A DNA stretch of 64,000 nt from an uncultured Acidobacteriota bacterium (GCA_963704125.1 CAVPHA010000021.1:514857-578856); one strand, 5' to 3'; shown: positions 42,951 through 53,675, counted from the stretch's first letter. The notes: generated by a model from the sequence alone, not told the origin. Numbers and translations: made by a program.

Positions 42951-43811
42951 TTAAGACTGTGTCTCGAACAAGGAGGGAGTGCGATCCCTGATCTCGCGTG
43001 CCTTTTCAAGCCCGCCCGAGAGCGCGTCCGGCACATCAGCGGCCGGACAGATGGCATTGAACCCGCACCAGGCGCAGAGGACGCCGGGCCGCGGTTCGAA
43101 CTCGGAGGCGGAGTTGACCTCCACGGCAAGCTCGTGAAATCGGTCGAGGAGCTCTCGTGCCCGCGCTGCATCGACCGACTGCCACCGGGTGCTCTCGTGC
43201 CGGAGGTAGTGATATCCGGCAAGGGCTTCTTCTTCGCCGTTGTGCCGCATTGCGCAGGCCGCGTAGAGCGGCGCCTGGAGCCCTTCCGAGAATTCGGATG
43301 GGTCGCCTTCCTTTTTTGAAGTCTTGTAGTCGACGACAAAGAGCCGGCCGCTCTCGGTCCGCCCGATCCTATCGGCGAAACCGGTGAAGACGATCTCATC
43401 GGATAGGGTGTGGTTGAGTCGCTGCTCGAGGGCGATGGTTTCGGAACGATCCTTGCTGAAGGTGCCGCGGTGGAACCGTTCGAGCATTTCACGGCCGGTG
43501 ACGAGATAGCCGTCGGCGTGATCGCCGCAGCGGATGACGGTGATCTCCTCGTCGAGTCCGGCAGTCCATCGGTCGGCCAACAACTGGAGGGCGGCCTCGA
43601 GAGGAGGGCTCTCGCTCTTCTCGCGCTCGCTGTACAGCCACTCGAGGACATCGTGCACGATGCTGCCAAGATAGGACTCGATGGAACGAAAGACCTCTTT
43701 GAAGCCCTTGAGGTAGCGATAGCGATAGCGCAACGGACACTGGTGGTAGGTCTTGACCCGGGAGAAGGAGAACTGATTTCGCGGGGTCGGGGCGTGTCCG
43801 GTTTCAGGCAT
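42951..43811 (-). CDS. PD-(D/E)XK nuclease family protein (RecB/Cas4-like, with cysteine cluster)
   Basis: N-terminal 'FSFSRVKTYHQCPLRYRYRYL', 'VVDYKTSKK' and C-terminal 'CAWCGFNAICP'. Confidence 0.7.
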   Translation of the reverse strand: MPETGHAPTPRNQFSFSRVKTYHQCPLRYRYRYLKGFKEVFRSIESYLGSIVHDVLEWLYSEREKSESPPLEAALQLLADRWTAGLDEEITVIRCGDHADGYLVTGREMLERFHRGTFSKDRSETIALEQRLNHTLSDEIVFTGFADRIGRTESGRLFVVDYKTSKKEGDPSEFSEGLQAPLYAACAMRHNGEEEALAGYHYLRHESTRWQSVDAARARELLDRFHELAVEVNSASEFEPRPGVLCAWCGFNAICPAADVPDALSGGLEKAREIRDRTPSLFETQS

Positions 43812-43858
43812 CCGTGGAGTGTAGCGTACGCGCGGTGCGGGTCACCGGTTTCTCGCAA

Positions 43859-44085
43859 CACCGGCCTTCTGGGCGCTGGGACGCTCTGGCGCAGCGCCCC
43901 AGCGTCGCCCCATCGGCGTGGTCGCTCGGGTGGTGGATTTGAGGGGCTGCGACCACGCCGATGGGACGCCGGCGGCTCCTTCGTTGGGAGAGCCAGGCGA
44001 GGCGCGTCCGGAGCCCGGACGCCAGGCGCAGCTGTCGCGTTGCCGGTGGGTGGACTGGCACCGGCCCGGCACCCGAGGGAGGTCC
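43859..44085. repeat. R element copy 2 (divergent; long helix B lost)
   Basis: Shares 'caccggccttctggg...ccccagcgtcgccccatcggcgtggtcg...cgaccacgccgatggg acgccggcgg' with the other copies. Confidence 0.7.
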
Positions 44086-44112
44086 TTTCCCGCGTGACCT
44101 CGAGGATTGATT

Positions 44113-44479
44113 CGGATGCAGCAGCCGCCAGGTCATCGCGCGGACGTCGTCGAAGAGTTGGATTGCGGTTGTGGCCCGTGTGGCATCGACGGCGTTTGCT
44201 TCAGCGAGGAGACGCAGGTGGGTGTCGACCTCTTTCGCTGAGCCGTAGGCGATGCGCCAGTGGTGCATGCGGTGGCGGCCTGATCGGCCGTGACCTTCGG
44301 AGAGATTGGCGGGCACCGACGAAGCGGAACGAATCACCTGATCGGCGAGACTCTTCAGAGGAGCCGGCACCCGTAAGACGAGAGCGATTGCGCATGCCGG
44401 CGGCTTCGAGAGCTTTGTGGTGGGCGATGAGGCCGGTGGATGGTAGGGCGTTGCGCATGATCACCTCCTGGTTGTTCAT
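44113..44479 (-). pseudogene. four-helix-bundle protein, copy 2 (one frameshift near 44395; stop codon missing, reads through R2)
   Basis: 'MNNQEVIM...' then '...PAPLKSLADQVIRSASSVPANLSEGHGRSGRHRMHHWRIAYGSAKEVDTHLRLL...AMTWRLLHP' with no stop until 43804. Confidence 0.6.
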
Positions 44480-44482
44480 GCC

Positions 44483-44570
44483 CCCTCCACCAGCCGCTGA
44501 AATGGCCGAGGTCAAGGGTCGCCGTCGAGGGCGATGCATTCGCTCTTGACCCTTGACATCGGCCACGTCT
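44483..44570. promoter_or_regulatory. palindrome upstream of 4HB copy 2
   Basis: 'agccgctgaaatggccgaggtcaaggg-tcgccgtcgagggcga-...-ccttgacatcggcca': same design as at 18418.. and 59740... Confidence 0.5.
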
Positions 44571-44712
44571 CTAGAGCGGCAGGACGTGCGTGAACATCGG
44601 GTCAGGAGACCACACCGGACGCTGACCGCGGCCCGCTGACGCTGTCGCCTGCGCAGTTGTCTGCCGCAGTCCCGGACGCTGTCCCGGAGACTGCCCCTGC
44701 GGTTTCCCGCAT

Positions 44713-44974
44713 CACCGGCCTTCTGGGACGATGGAACGCGGTGGCTTCCCATCGCCCCAGCGTCGCCCGAGCAGCGTGGTCGTTTAGGTGGAGAATTTGA
44801 GGGCTTCGACCACGCTGCTCGGGCGCCGGCGGCCTGCCTCTGAGCCGGGAGAAAAGACCGCATCGTGCCTCCCGGGGGAGCCCGGTATGACATTGTGCGG
44901 GAGGCACCGCGGTGCCGGGAGGTCGATGGGGCACAATGTCAAACCCACGCCCGAGGGAGGCTCCAGTCCCTCGG
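44713..44974. repeat. R element copy 3
   Basis: Helix A 44766..44782/44807..44823 (17 bp perfect, three compensated pairs versus R1). Helix B 'ggtatgacattgtgc/gcacaatgtcaaacc'. Confidence 0.85.
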
Positions 44975-44980
44975 ACCCGG

Positions 44981-45080
44981 AGCGGCCTCGGTTTCGGTTG
45001 CCGGATGCTGATGCTGCCGCTGTCCCGGACGCTGTCCCGGACGCTGCCGCTGCCGCTGTCGCTGTCGCGGCGGTGCCGCT
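44981..45080. repeat. 6-/12-mer periodic tract 3' of R3
   Basis: '...cggtttcggttgccggatgctgatgctgccgct(gtcccggacgct)2gccgctgccgctgtcgctgtcgcggcgg'. Confidence 0.8.
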
Positions 45081-45226
45081 GAACATCCTCATGACTGTAA
45101 AGGCGAAGATCCGCAGGGTCGCTACGCGGAATCTCAACGGATTGGTCGCGGGCGTAAACGACCCGCCTACAGCTCTGAATCACCCAGCGTCATCCTGCAC
45201 GGTTGTGCCGGGCGCTGTCCCGGCCG

Positions 45227-45573
45227 CTAGAGGACCTCCAGGATCTTCTCCGTCGGTCGACCGAGGACGGTGCCCTGGGACCAACGACGATGGGGCGTTC
45301 GATGAGTCGCGGATGCGCGGCCATGGCGGCGACGAGCTCGGCACGGCTCAGGGTGTTGTCGGCGAGACCGAGTTCCTTGTACTCCTTCTCCTTCTTCCGC
45401 ATGAGCTTCGCGGGGATCCATCCCGAGCTGCGAGAGCAGATTCTCGATGGTGGCCGCATCCGGCGGTGACTCGAGGTATTTGATGATCTCGGGCTCGATG
45501 CCCTGCTCGCGCAGCAACTGCAGCGCCTGCCTGGACTTCGATCAACCGGGGTTGTGATAGATGACGACGCTCA
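45227..45573 (-). CDS. arsC: ArsC/Spx-family arsenate reductase with in-frame TGA at the catalytic Cys codon (candidate selenocysteine); two frameshifts near 45275 and 45420
   Basis: SD 'ggaggt' then ATG. 'MSVVIYHNPG-TGA-SKSRQALQLLREQGIEPEIIKYLE...HPRLIERPIVV...GRPTEKILEVL' parallels E. coli ArsC 'YHNPACGTSR...INRPIVV'. Confidence 0.7.
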
Positions 45574-45619
45574 TCGTGGGTACCTCCATCGATGCCGAAG
45601 AACAGCAAGGAGAGGGCGG

Positions 45620-46579
45620 CTATTGCCCAATCCCGAGGTCCTCGATCTCGATCCAACCGGCGGTGATCTCGGAGCGGGCGCGTTCGAGGGCTTCGCGAAG
45701 ATCGCTGTCACGTCCCGCCGGCGCGATGCCGAGATTGAACTCGACATCGAGCACCCCCGACCCGAGGTCGAAGGCGTAGACCTTGCCGCTGAAGGTCCGG
45801 TCGTGGACCTCGCGGGCGATCCTCAGCATCGCCTCGGCGACATCGACGTCGACAGCGGCGATGACGATGTCCGGTTCGTCGTCGAGCAGGGATGGGTCGG
45901 CGCCGACGAGAAACAGCCCGGCGTCGTGGGCGGCGGCGAGAACCTGGGAGTCAACCTGATCGGTCGAATACAGCGCCACCTCGACCCCGGCGGCGCTGAG
46001 CTGCCAGGGACCGTCCAGCCCTTGGGCCGAGATGACTTCGGCGTCGGGTACGGCCGATCGAAAACCGGCGATGAAACCGGCCTCGAGACGCTCCAACCAG
46101 GGCCGCCCGGCGCCGCGAAGCAGACCGACGGCCGTGGCCTCGGTGGCGGCGGCCGCGACCGCTCCCGCCAGGAATCCGGCCTCCTCCGGCATGAAGACGA
46201 TGCTGCCGACGTTGGCGCCGTGAATCTCGCCGGGAATGATGACGAAGTCGGTGTTCGGGAAGGTGGCCGCCTCGGTGTAGACCAGGGCCTCGACCTCCGG
46301 GCCGACGCAGAAGACGAGGTCGATTCCATCCCGAGCCAGGGCGCGAAGCATGGATCGCTGCTCGGCGGCGCCTGCGGCGCGCGACCGGGCGATCTCGGCG
46401 TCGAGTTCGGCGGCGATGAGCCCGAGGCCTCTCTCCGCGGCCCTTTCCCAACGTCCGCTCAGGCTGGCGGAGGTCAGGAGACGGACGCGGAATCCCTTGT
46501 CCTGCGGCGGGTCGGCAGGCGTGCAGGAGACCGCACCGAGGGCGAGGCATCCAAGCAGGAGGAGTCGTTTCAATTGCAC
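45620..46579 (-). CDS. BMP-family (PnrA-like) ABC transporter substrate-binding lipoprotein
   Basis: Lipobox 'LALGAVSC'. Periplasmic-binding-protein-like alternation. Intact 319 aa ORF. Confidence 0.65.
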   Translation of the reverse strand: MQLKRLLLLGCLALGAVSCTPADPPQDKGFRVRLLTSASLSGRWERAAERGLGLIAAELDAEIARSRAAGAAEQRSMLRALARDGIDLVFCVGPEVEALVYTEAATFPNTDFVIIPGEIHGANVGSIVFMPEEAGFLAGAVAAAATEATAVGLLRGAGRPWLERLEAGFIAGFRSAVPDAEVISAQGLDGPWQLSAAGVEVALYSTDQVDSQVLAAAHDAGLFLVGADPSLLDDEPDIVIAAVDVDVAEAMLRIAREVHDRTFSGKVYAFDLGSGVLDVEFNLGIAPAGRDSDLREALERARSEITAGWIEIEDLGIGQ

Positions 46580-46623
46580 TTCAACTCCATCATTCTACCC
46601 CCGCGGTGAGTTACCATGGTGGC

Positions 46624-47382
46624 ATGGATCTCCTTCAACTGGTCGCCGATCTCGATGAAATCCTCGAGGCAGACGCCGTGCGGGACTACTGCCCGAACGG
46701 GTTGCAGGTCGAGGGGTCGGCAGAGGTGCGGAGGGTCGTCACAGCGGTGTCGGCATCGAGGGCGCTCTTCACCCGGGCCGTCGACCGCGAGGCCGATGCC
46801 ATCATCGTTCACCACGGCGTCTTGTGGAACGCCAGCGAACCGCCGCGACTGGTGGGGTCCTTTCGCGAGCGGATCCGAATCCTCCTGGCCAACGACGTAT
46901 CGTTGATCGCCTACCATCTGCCCCTCGATCGGCACATGGAGCTGGGCAACGCCGCCCAGCTCGGTCTTCGACTCGGGCTGAGCGAACTCGAGCCCTTTGC
47001 CGAGCACCAGGGGGTTTCGGCCGGCGTCTGCGGGGTTTTCCGGGAACCGGTCGATGCCGACGAGTTCTTCGCCGCCGTGGCCGAGGCCACCGATCGTGAA
47101 CCGCAGATCTTCCAGGGCAACCGGCGAGAGATCTCATCGGTGGGGATCGTGACCGGCGCCGCCGAGCGCGAGTACCACCAGGCGGTGGCGGCGGGGCTCG
47201 ACGCCTACATCACCGGTGAGGCGACCGAGTGGGTGCTGCACCAGGCCGCCGAGGACGGCGTCCACTTCGTCGCCGCCGGGCACTATGCGACGGAGCGCTT
47301 CGGCGTGCGCGCCGTCGGGCGCTGGCTCGCCGAGCGCCACGATCTCGAGGTCGAGTTCATCGAGATGCCCAACCCGGTCTGA
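46624..47382 (+). CDS. Nif3-like dinuclear metal centre protein (YbgI family)
   Basis: 'DYCPNGLQVEG', 'DAIIVHHG', 'AYHLPLD' and 'AGHYATERFG'. Confidence 0.85.
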   Translation: MDLLQLVADLDEILEADAVRDYCPNGLQVEGSAEVRRVVTAVSASRALFTRAVDREADAIIVHHGVLWNASEPPRLVGSFRERIRILLANDVSLIAYHLPLDRHMELGNAAQLGLRLGLSELEPFAEHQGVSAGVCGVFREPVDADEFFAAVAEATDREPQIFQGNRREISSVGIVTGAAEREYHQAVAAGLDAYITGEATEWVLHQAAEDGVHFVAAGHYATERFGVRAVGRWLAERHDLEVEFIEMPNPV

Positions 47383-47402
47383 GGCGGCTCCGACGGACCG
47401 AA

Positions 47403-47530
47403 CCGCAAAGGCGCAAAGAACGCCAAGCATCACATTCGCAAGTCAGGGGTTTGAGAGCGGCGTGCCGCCCCAGAACCCCTGCTCGCATGCGATGATTGCG
47501 ATGTCTCTTTGCGACCTTAGCGTCGCTACG
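47403..47530. repeat. 8-mer ('CGCAAAGG'-type) repeat palindrome with a central GC hairpin, between convergent genes
   Basis: Left arm 'ccgcaaaggcgcaaagaacgccaagcatcacattcgca'. Centre 'caggggtt...aacccctg'. Right arm 'tgcgatgattgcgatgtctctttgcgaccttagcg'. Confidence 0.7.
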
Positions 47531-47647
47531 TAGGCTGGGCCTGGGCCCGAGCTTCAGATCCTCCCGGTGTGTTGACCCGCTCCAACGAGAGTCAGACAGC
47601 CTCGAAGGTCCGCCGAGTCAGCTTATGATATGCGATGCCTGGCGTTC

Positions 47648-48890
47648 CTAGCGTCCTTGCGGTTCAACTTTCGACGCCTGGTCGATCACGCACCGCCAGA
47701 CGCGCTCGACTCGCTCGAAGACCGCGGACCAGGTGAATGGCTCCAGCGCCGCGGATTGGTCCCCCAGCGGGGGCGCCTCGAGGGCGCGCCGGAGCCCGGC
47801 TTCGAGCCGGTCGACAAAGGCCGGGAGCTCGTCCTCGACCGGGGTGTCGACCCCGGCCATGGCGGGTGGTTCGACGAGCTCGAGGGCGGCGCCGAGCCGC
47901 GGCGCGAGCTCGTCGGCGACTCCGGGGAGAGCGGTGGCCACGAGCCGGCAGCCGCAGGCCAGGGCTTCGACAAGCACCAAGGGCAACCCCTCGAAGAAGG
48001 AGGGCAGGACGCAAACGGTCGACCGACGCATCAGATCGGAGAGCTCGGTCTGTGCCAGCTGACCGTGAAGCACGATCTTCGGCGCCATGGCGGCCATCCG
48101 CTCGCGGAGTGACTCCGCCTCGGCGCCCGATCCGTCGCCTGCGACGTGAAGTCGGAGATCGGGATGAGTTGGGCGTCAGTCGCTCGAACGCATCGAGGAG
48201 CCACGGCAGACCCTTGGCGGCGCTGTACTTGCCGATGTAGAGCAGCGCCGGCGCCGGGTTCGTCTCGCGTCCTCGTGCGTGGAAGAGATCGTCGCGGTAG
48301 CCCGCCCCGACAACGTGGATCCGGGTCTCGGGGACACCCAGGATCCGAGCCAGGTCGTCGGCGTGGCCCCGGTGCAGCACGACAAAGGCGTCGTTGCGGG
48401 CGCAACCCGAGCGGGCCTCGTCGGCAAGTTTGGGGACGAGCGCCATCTGGCGCAGCCCGGTGGCGTGGCACTGGGTCACCACCGGGGTGTCGGGGGCGAT
48501 GTCCTTGAGCAGCGACGACATGAGCCAGATGTGGTGGGAGTGGATGATGTCGGGATTGAAGGCGCCGATGACGGATTGCAGGTGGTCGCGCCAGCCGGAT
48601 CGGTAGCACTCGACCTCCCGTTCGGTCATGGCGCTGAAGACGGTGCTCGGGTAGGGCATGACATCGCTCATCCCGGGCACGGGAAACGGCAGCCGGCTCC
48701 CGCCGAAGACGAGGGGGTGGATGCGCTCGGCGCCGAGGCCGCCGATCTCGGGTGTGAGGTCGTCCTTCGGCACCCCGACCACCACCCGCTGCTCCCAACC
48801 CACGGCGGCGGCGTGTCGCACCATGGCGTCGAGAGTGATTCCGCTGCCGGTCAGCGACGGTCGTTGGGAAAGTAGTTGAAGCACCTTCAT
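47648..48890 (-). CDS. GT4-family glycosyltransferase (frameshifts near 48100-48170)
   Basis: The N-terminal GT-B domain is in ORF 47664..48890. The C-terminus 'VLPSFFEGLPLVLVEALACG' (E-x7-E region) is in ORF 47648..48097. Confidence 0.8.
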
Positions 48891-48958
48891 GGCCGCGTCA
48901 TCGTAACGTGGAATCCCACCGCGGTGATGGAAGGTTGTGTAGCGGGGAGGGACCGGTC

Positions 48959-49561
48959 ATGGAGACGATTCGCGACCAACTGCTCGATCTCTGGTTCGGC
49001 ACCAGCGACGACGACGCCGACGTCGGTAGGAGGCAATCCTCGCTGTGGTGGGGCTCGAGCGCCGAGACCGACGATCTGCTCGGCGCCCGGTTCGGTCAGG
49101 CGGCCACGGCCGCCGCCGCGGGCATCCTCGATCACTGGAGCGGATCACCGCGGGGCCGATTGGCACTGATCCTCCTTCTCGACCAGCTGCCGCGGGTGAT
49201 CCACCGGGGAGCCCCGGGCGCGTTCGCCGAGGATGCCAAGGCCCGCCGGTTGGCGGATCAGGGCCTCGCCTCCGGCGCCGATGGTCTGCTGCGGCCCATC
49301 GAGCGGGTCTTTTTCTACCTGCCCTTCGAGCACTCGGAGGATCCGGCGGATCAGCAGCGCAGCGTCGGACTGTTCTCCCAACTTGCGGACTCGGTTCCCG
49401 AAAAGTGGAAAGAGACCTTTGCTCTCTATCTCGATTTCGCCCTCCGGCACCAGGCGATCATCGACCGGTTCGGCCGTTTTCCGCACCGCAACGCCATCCT
49501 CGGCCGCGAATCGACGGCGGAGGAGATCGAGTTCCTCAAGCAGCCGGGATCGGGGTTCTAG
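48959..49561 (+). CDS. DUF924-family protein
   Basis: 'LILLLDQLPR...FFYLPFEHSE...IIDRFGRFPHRNAILGRESTAEE'. Confidence 0.75.
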   Translation: METIRDQLLDLWFGTSDDDADVGRRQSSLWWGSSAETDDLLGARFGQAATAAAAGILDHWSGSPRGRLALILLLDQLPRVIHRGAPGAFAEDAKARRLADQGLASGADGLLRPIERVFFYLPFEHSEDPADQQRSVGLFSQLADSVPEKWKETFALYLDFALRHQAIIDRFGRFPHRNAILGRESTAEEIEFLKQPGSGF

Positions 49562-49609
49562 CCTGTCCCCGTTTGCCCTCGGGTGATCGATGAAGGTTAT
49601 ACTCACCAC

Positions 49610-50361
49610 ATGACTGATAGAACCACCGAAACCCAGACCTGCTCCCTCTGCGACGGCACCGGCTGGATCCTCGTCGAGGAGAACGGGATCGAGATGGCGA
49701 GACGCTGCGAGTGCGCCGAAGCCCGCGTGCGCGAGCGGTCGGTCTCGCGGGCGGCGATTCCGGATCGCTACCGGCACTGCACCCTCGACAACTTCGATCT
49801 GTGGAACTCTGAAGATCCGACCCTCGGCAAGGCCCTGCGTCTGGTTCAGGAGTTTGTCGACCTGTATCCGAATGTCGACAAGGGGCTGGTGCTCATGGGA
49901 CCGGTGGGCACCGGCAAGACCCACCTCGCCGTGGCCGCCCTGCAGCAGATCCTGCGGGAAAAGCGGCCGCCGGTGCGTGGTCGATTCGCGGACTTCACCT
50001 CACTGGTGCTCGAAATCCAGATGACCTTCGACGGTTCGGGGAGCAGCCGACGAGATTCTGCGAGCCCCTCGTGGACTGCGATCTCCTCGTGCTCGACGAG
50101 CTCGGCGCCGGCAAGACCAGCCCATGGGTGATGGACCTGCTCTACTACCTGGTCAACACCCGGTACCTCGAAAACCGGCTGACCGTCTTCACCACGAACT
50201 ACTCCGATTTTCCCAAGAAGACGGGCGAAGAGAGCCTCACCGACCGCGTGTCCCAGCGGATCCGCTCCCGGCTGTGGGAGATGTGCAGCCGGATCGAGCT
50301 TCGCGGGCGCGACTTTCGCGCCGAACGTCTGGCCTCGCGCGAAGGGGGACTGTCTCAGTGA
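49610..50361 (+). CDS. DnaC/IstB-like AAA+ ATPase with N-terminal zinc-binding motif (frameshift near 50050)
   Basis: 'CSLCDGTGW...CEC', Walker A 'GPVGTGKTH' and Walker B 'LLVLDELG'. The C-terminus is in ORF 50071..50361. Confidence 0.7.
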
Positions 50362-52457
50362 AGTTTCCCTGGCCCCTCCTGCTCGCCGTGGCGGCAGGCT
50401 GTGCGACAAGCGGCACCACGCAACCGACACCGATTTCGAGAGCGACGGCCACCCCGACTCCCGCAGCCGCCGCACCGACGCCGACGCCGATCCCAACCCC
50501 GGCGCCGATGGGACCGGTGCCATCCGGTGTCGTTGCGACGGCCGGGACTCAGCCGATCCGGGTGCTCCTGCACACCACCAAGGGAGCCGTGACCCTGCCG
50601 CAACCGGGCCGCGCCTACCGGGCCGAAACCGGGGACGAGGCGGTCTGGTTGTGGGGTCCTCTGGAGATCACCGCGGCGGGGTCGATGGCCTGGCAGGTGG
50701 GCGCGTGGTCGAGTTCCGAGGCCGCCGCCTCGGTGGTTGACGGCCTCGCCCGGCAGCTCGGAGACGGCGCCCGGGTGTGGCAGGAACCCGCGAGCGGCGG
50801 CCTCGTCCGGGTCCGGGTGAGTTGGCCGGGCGGCGAACCCGCCGACGCCAAGGCGCAGCTCGTGGCGGCGGGTTTTGCCGACGCCTTTCGAGTGTCGGGC
50901 GCCGGGACCGTTCGGATCACCGGCGCCGCGGGGGTTTTCGAGAGCGCCTCGGAGATCGTGCTCACCCCGGCCGGTGATTGGCCGACCGCCGTCGGCGGCC
51001 GGCGCTATCGCGGCCGGTTCCGGACCAGGAGCAGTGGCGAGGAGCTGGTGTTCATCAACGAGCTGGCCATGGAGGAGTACCTCCGCGGCGTCGTGCCGGT
51101 GGAAATGGGTCCGTCACAGTTCCCCGAGCTCGAGGCCCTCAAGGCCCAGGCGGTGGCGGCCAGGACCTACGCCGTGGCCCATCTCGGCGACCACGAGAAC
51201 GAGGGTTGGGACATCTGCGCGACCCCGGCATGCCAGGCCTATTGGGGCGCCGGCGCCGAGCACTCGCTGTCGGATCGGGCGGTTCGGGAGACCGCCGGGC
51301 TCATCGCCATCTATGACGGCCAACCCATCGACGCCATGTACACCTCGACCTGTGGTGGTCATACCGAAGATTCCGCCGAGCTCTTCTCGGGTCGCGGCAC
51401 CCCCTATCTCACGGGCGTCGTCTGCGCCTGGGACCGCGCCATCCTGCTCGCCGGAGAGGGATCGGCGACGCCGATCGGTGATGTGCGGGCATTCCGGCGT
51501 CGATTGGCCCGACGCGCCCTCGGGCTGGCTGAGGGCGAGATCGATCCCGTCGATCTCCTGCCGTCGGTGGCCGCGCTCTGCGACGGCGAGGCCCTTCCGC
51601 TGCCCGGTGAACCCGGTTTGACGGAGTGGATCGATGCGCTGTTCGCCGCGGCCGGGCTCGACGAATCGAGCCCCCTGGTCACCGACGTGGGGGCCGGTCG
51701 GCTGCTCGAGCTCGCCGATCTCTTCGAGATCCCTCTGCCGCCGACCACCCCGAGTTCCTGGCGGGACGGGTGGCACCTCGAGGCGGTTTCGGCGGTGCTC
51801 GAGATCCAGGAGGTGATTCTCAGCGACAGCGGCGATCTCGTGCCCCATCCCGATGGCGCCGCCATCTACCCGCGGCGGGCCGATCAATCGGAGGCGTTGC
51901 CGCAGCCCCTACCGCTGGTCTGGCGGTGGGGTGGAAGCTACAGCGGCGCTTCGGGACTCCGGGTGCTTCCCGGCACCACCCTCGAGCGCTATCGTCTGGG
52001 AGACCGGATCCTGGCCCTGGTGGTGGTCCAATCGGCGGGTGGCGGAGAGGCCGATCGCCGGTCGGCCTGGCGGAGCTGGAGACGCGAGCGGAGCTGGAAT
52101 CGAGCTCGAGGATGACCCTCGGCGAACCCGGATCTCGAGAGGCTGGAGATCGTTCGCCGAGGCGCGATCCGGCCGGGTCGTGAGCTGGCCGTCATCGACG
52201 GCAACGGCGGCCGCCGGCTGGTGAAGGGATTCGATGTCCGTCGGGTGCTGGATCTCCCGGAGACCCTCTTCGAGATGCAGATCCGGACCCTTCCCGACGG
52301 CCAACGAACGGCCCATTTCCTCGGTCGTGGGTGGGGGCACGGGGTCGGTCTGTGTCAGAACGGCGCCTACGGTCTCGCCCGAGCCGGGATGACCTACGAT
52401 GCGATTCTGACTCACTACTACACCGGTATCGAGATTGCCGAATGGAGCCCGGAGTAG
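50358..52457 (+). CDS. SpoIID/LytB-domain protein (frameshifts near 52090-52220)
   Basis: Lipobox 'LLAVAAGC'. 'LEEYLRGVVPVEMG...EALKAQAVAARTYA...YTSTCGGHTED'. The C-terminus 'GWGHGVGLCQNGA' is in ORF 52221..52457. Confidence 0.8.
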
Positions 52458-52513
52458 ATTCCCGGTGGCGTAGAATGTGCGCGCCGGTCGATCGAATTGG
52501 AGTGGAGGTGTCC

Positions 52514-53660
52514 GTGGATCTGCAGCTTTCAGATGATCAGCTTTCCATCCGAGACATGGTTCGCGATCTGGCGCGCAACGAGATCGCGCCCAACGCGGTG
52601 CAATGGGATCGCGAGCAGCACTTCCCACGCGAGCTCTTCGGCCAACTCGGCGAACTCGGCCTGCTCGGCGTCCTGATACCGGAAGAGTACGGCGGGGCCG
52701 GGCTCGGCTATGTCGAGTACGTTTTGATTCTCGAGGAGATCGGCGCCGCCGACGGCGGGGTCGGCCTCGGGGCTGCTGCGCACAACTCGCTGTGCACCAA
52801 CCATCTCTTTCTCTTCGGCTCGGACGAACTCAAATCGCGATACCTGCCCAAGCTCGCCTCGGGAGAGTGGATCGGCGCCTGGGGCCTGACCGAGGCGGAG
52901 GCGGGTTCGGATGCCGGCGGCACCCGCACGACCGCGGTTCGCGACGGCGGTGAGTGGGTCCTCAACGGCTCGAAGAACTTCATCACCCACGCCACCGTCG
53001 GTTCCGCTTCGGTGGTGATGGCGCGGACCTCCAAGGAGGGAGGCCACCACGGGATTTCGGCCTTCTTCGTGCCTTTCGACCGTCCCGGAGTGAGCCCGGG
53101 AAAGAAGGAGGACAAGCTCGGAATGCGCTGCTCCGACACCTCGTCGCTGGTGCTCGAGGATTGCCGGGTGCCGGCCGACCACCAGCTCGGCAACGAGGGC
53201 GAGGGTTTCATCCAGGCGATGAAGGTGCTCGACGGCGGCCGGATCTCCATCGCCGCCCTGTCGCTCGGGATCGCCCGCGGCGCCCTCGACGCCACGCATC
53301 GACTACGCCGGGGTTCGGCAGCAGTTCGGCAAACCCATCGCCTCGTTCCAGCTCATCCGGGCCAAGCTCGCCGACATGGCCACCGGGGTCGAGGCGGCAC
53401 GGCTGCTGACCATGCAAGCGGCGAGGCTCAAGGACCGCGGCGAGACCACCACCCTCGAGTCTTCCATGGCCAAGGTCTTCGCCTCGGAGACCGCGGTCAG
53501 GGTCGGCGAAGAGGCGGTCCAGATCCACGGCGGCTACGGCTACACCACCGACTACCCGGTCGAGCGCGCGTGGCGCGACGCCAAACTCTGCACCATCGGC
53601 GAGGGCACCTCCGAGATCCAGCGGATGGTCATCGCGCGCGAGATCCTGAAGGCTCGTTGA
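52514..53660 (+). CDS. acyl-CoA dehydrogenase (frameshift near 53290-53380)
   Basis: '[14 protein letters not shown]', '[13 protein letters not shown]' and C-terminal '[35 protein letters not shown]'. Confidence 0.9.
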
Positions 53661-53675
53661 CCGGAGACTCAAATC

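Noticed and set aside
42951-45080. Cas4-like nuclease plus repeats as a degenerate CRISPR-Cas or transposon remnant.
   Set aside because: There are no other cas genes, no spacer-repeat array and no transposase. The cysteine-cluster PD-(D/E)XK fold also occurs in stand-alone repair nucleases.
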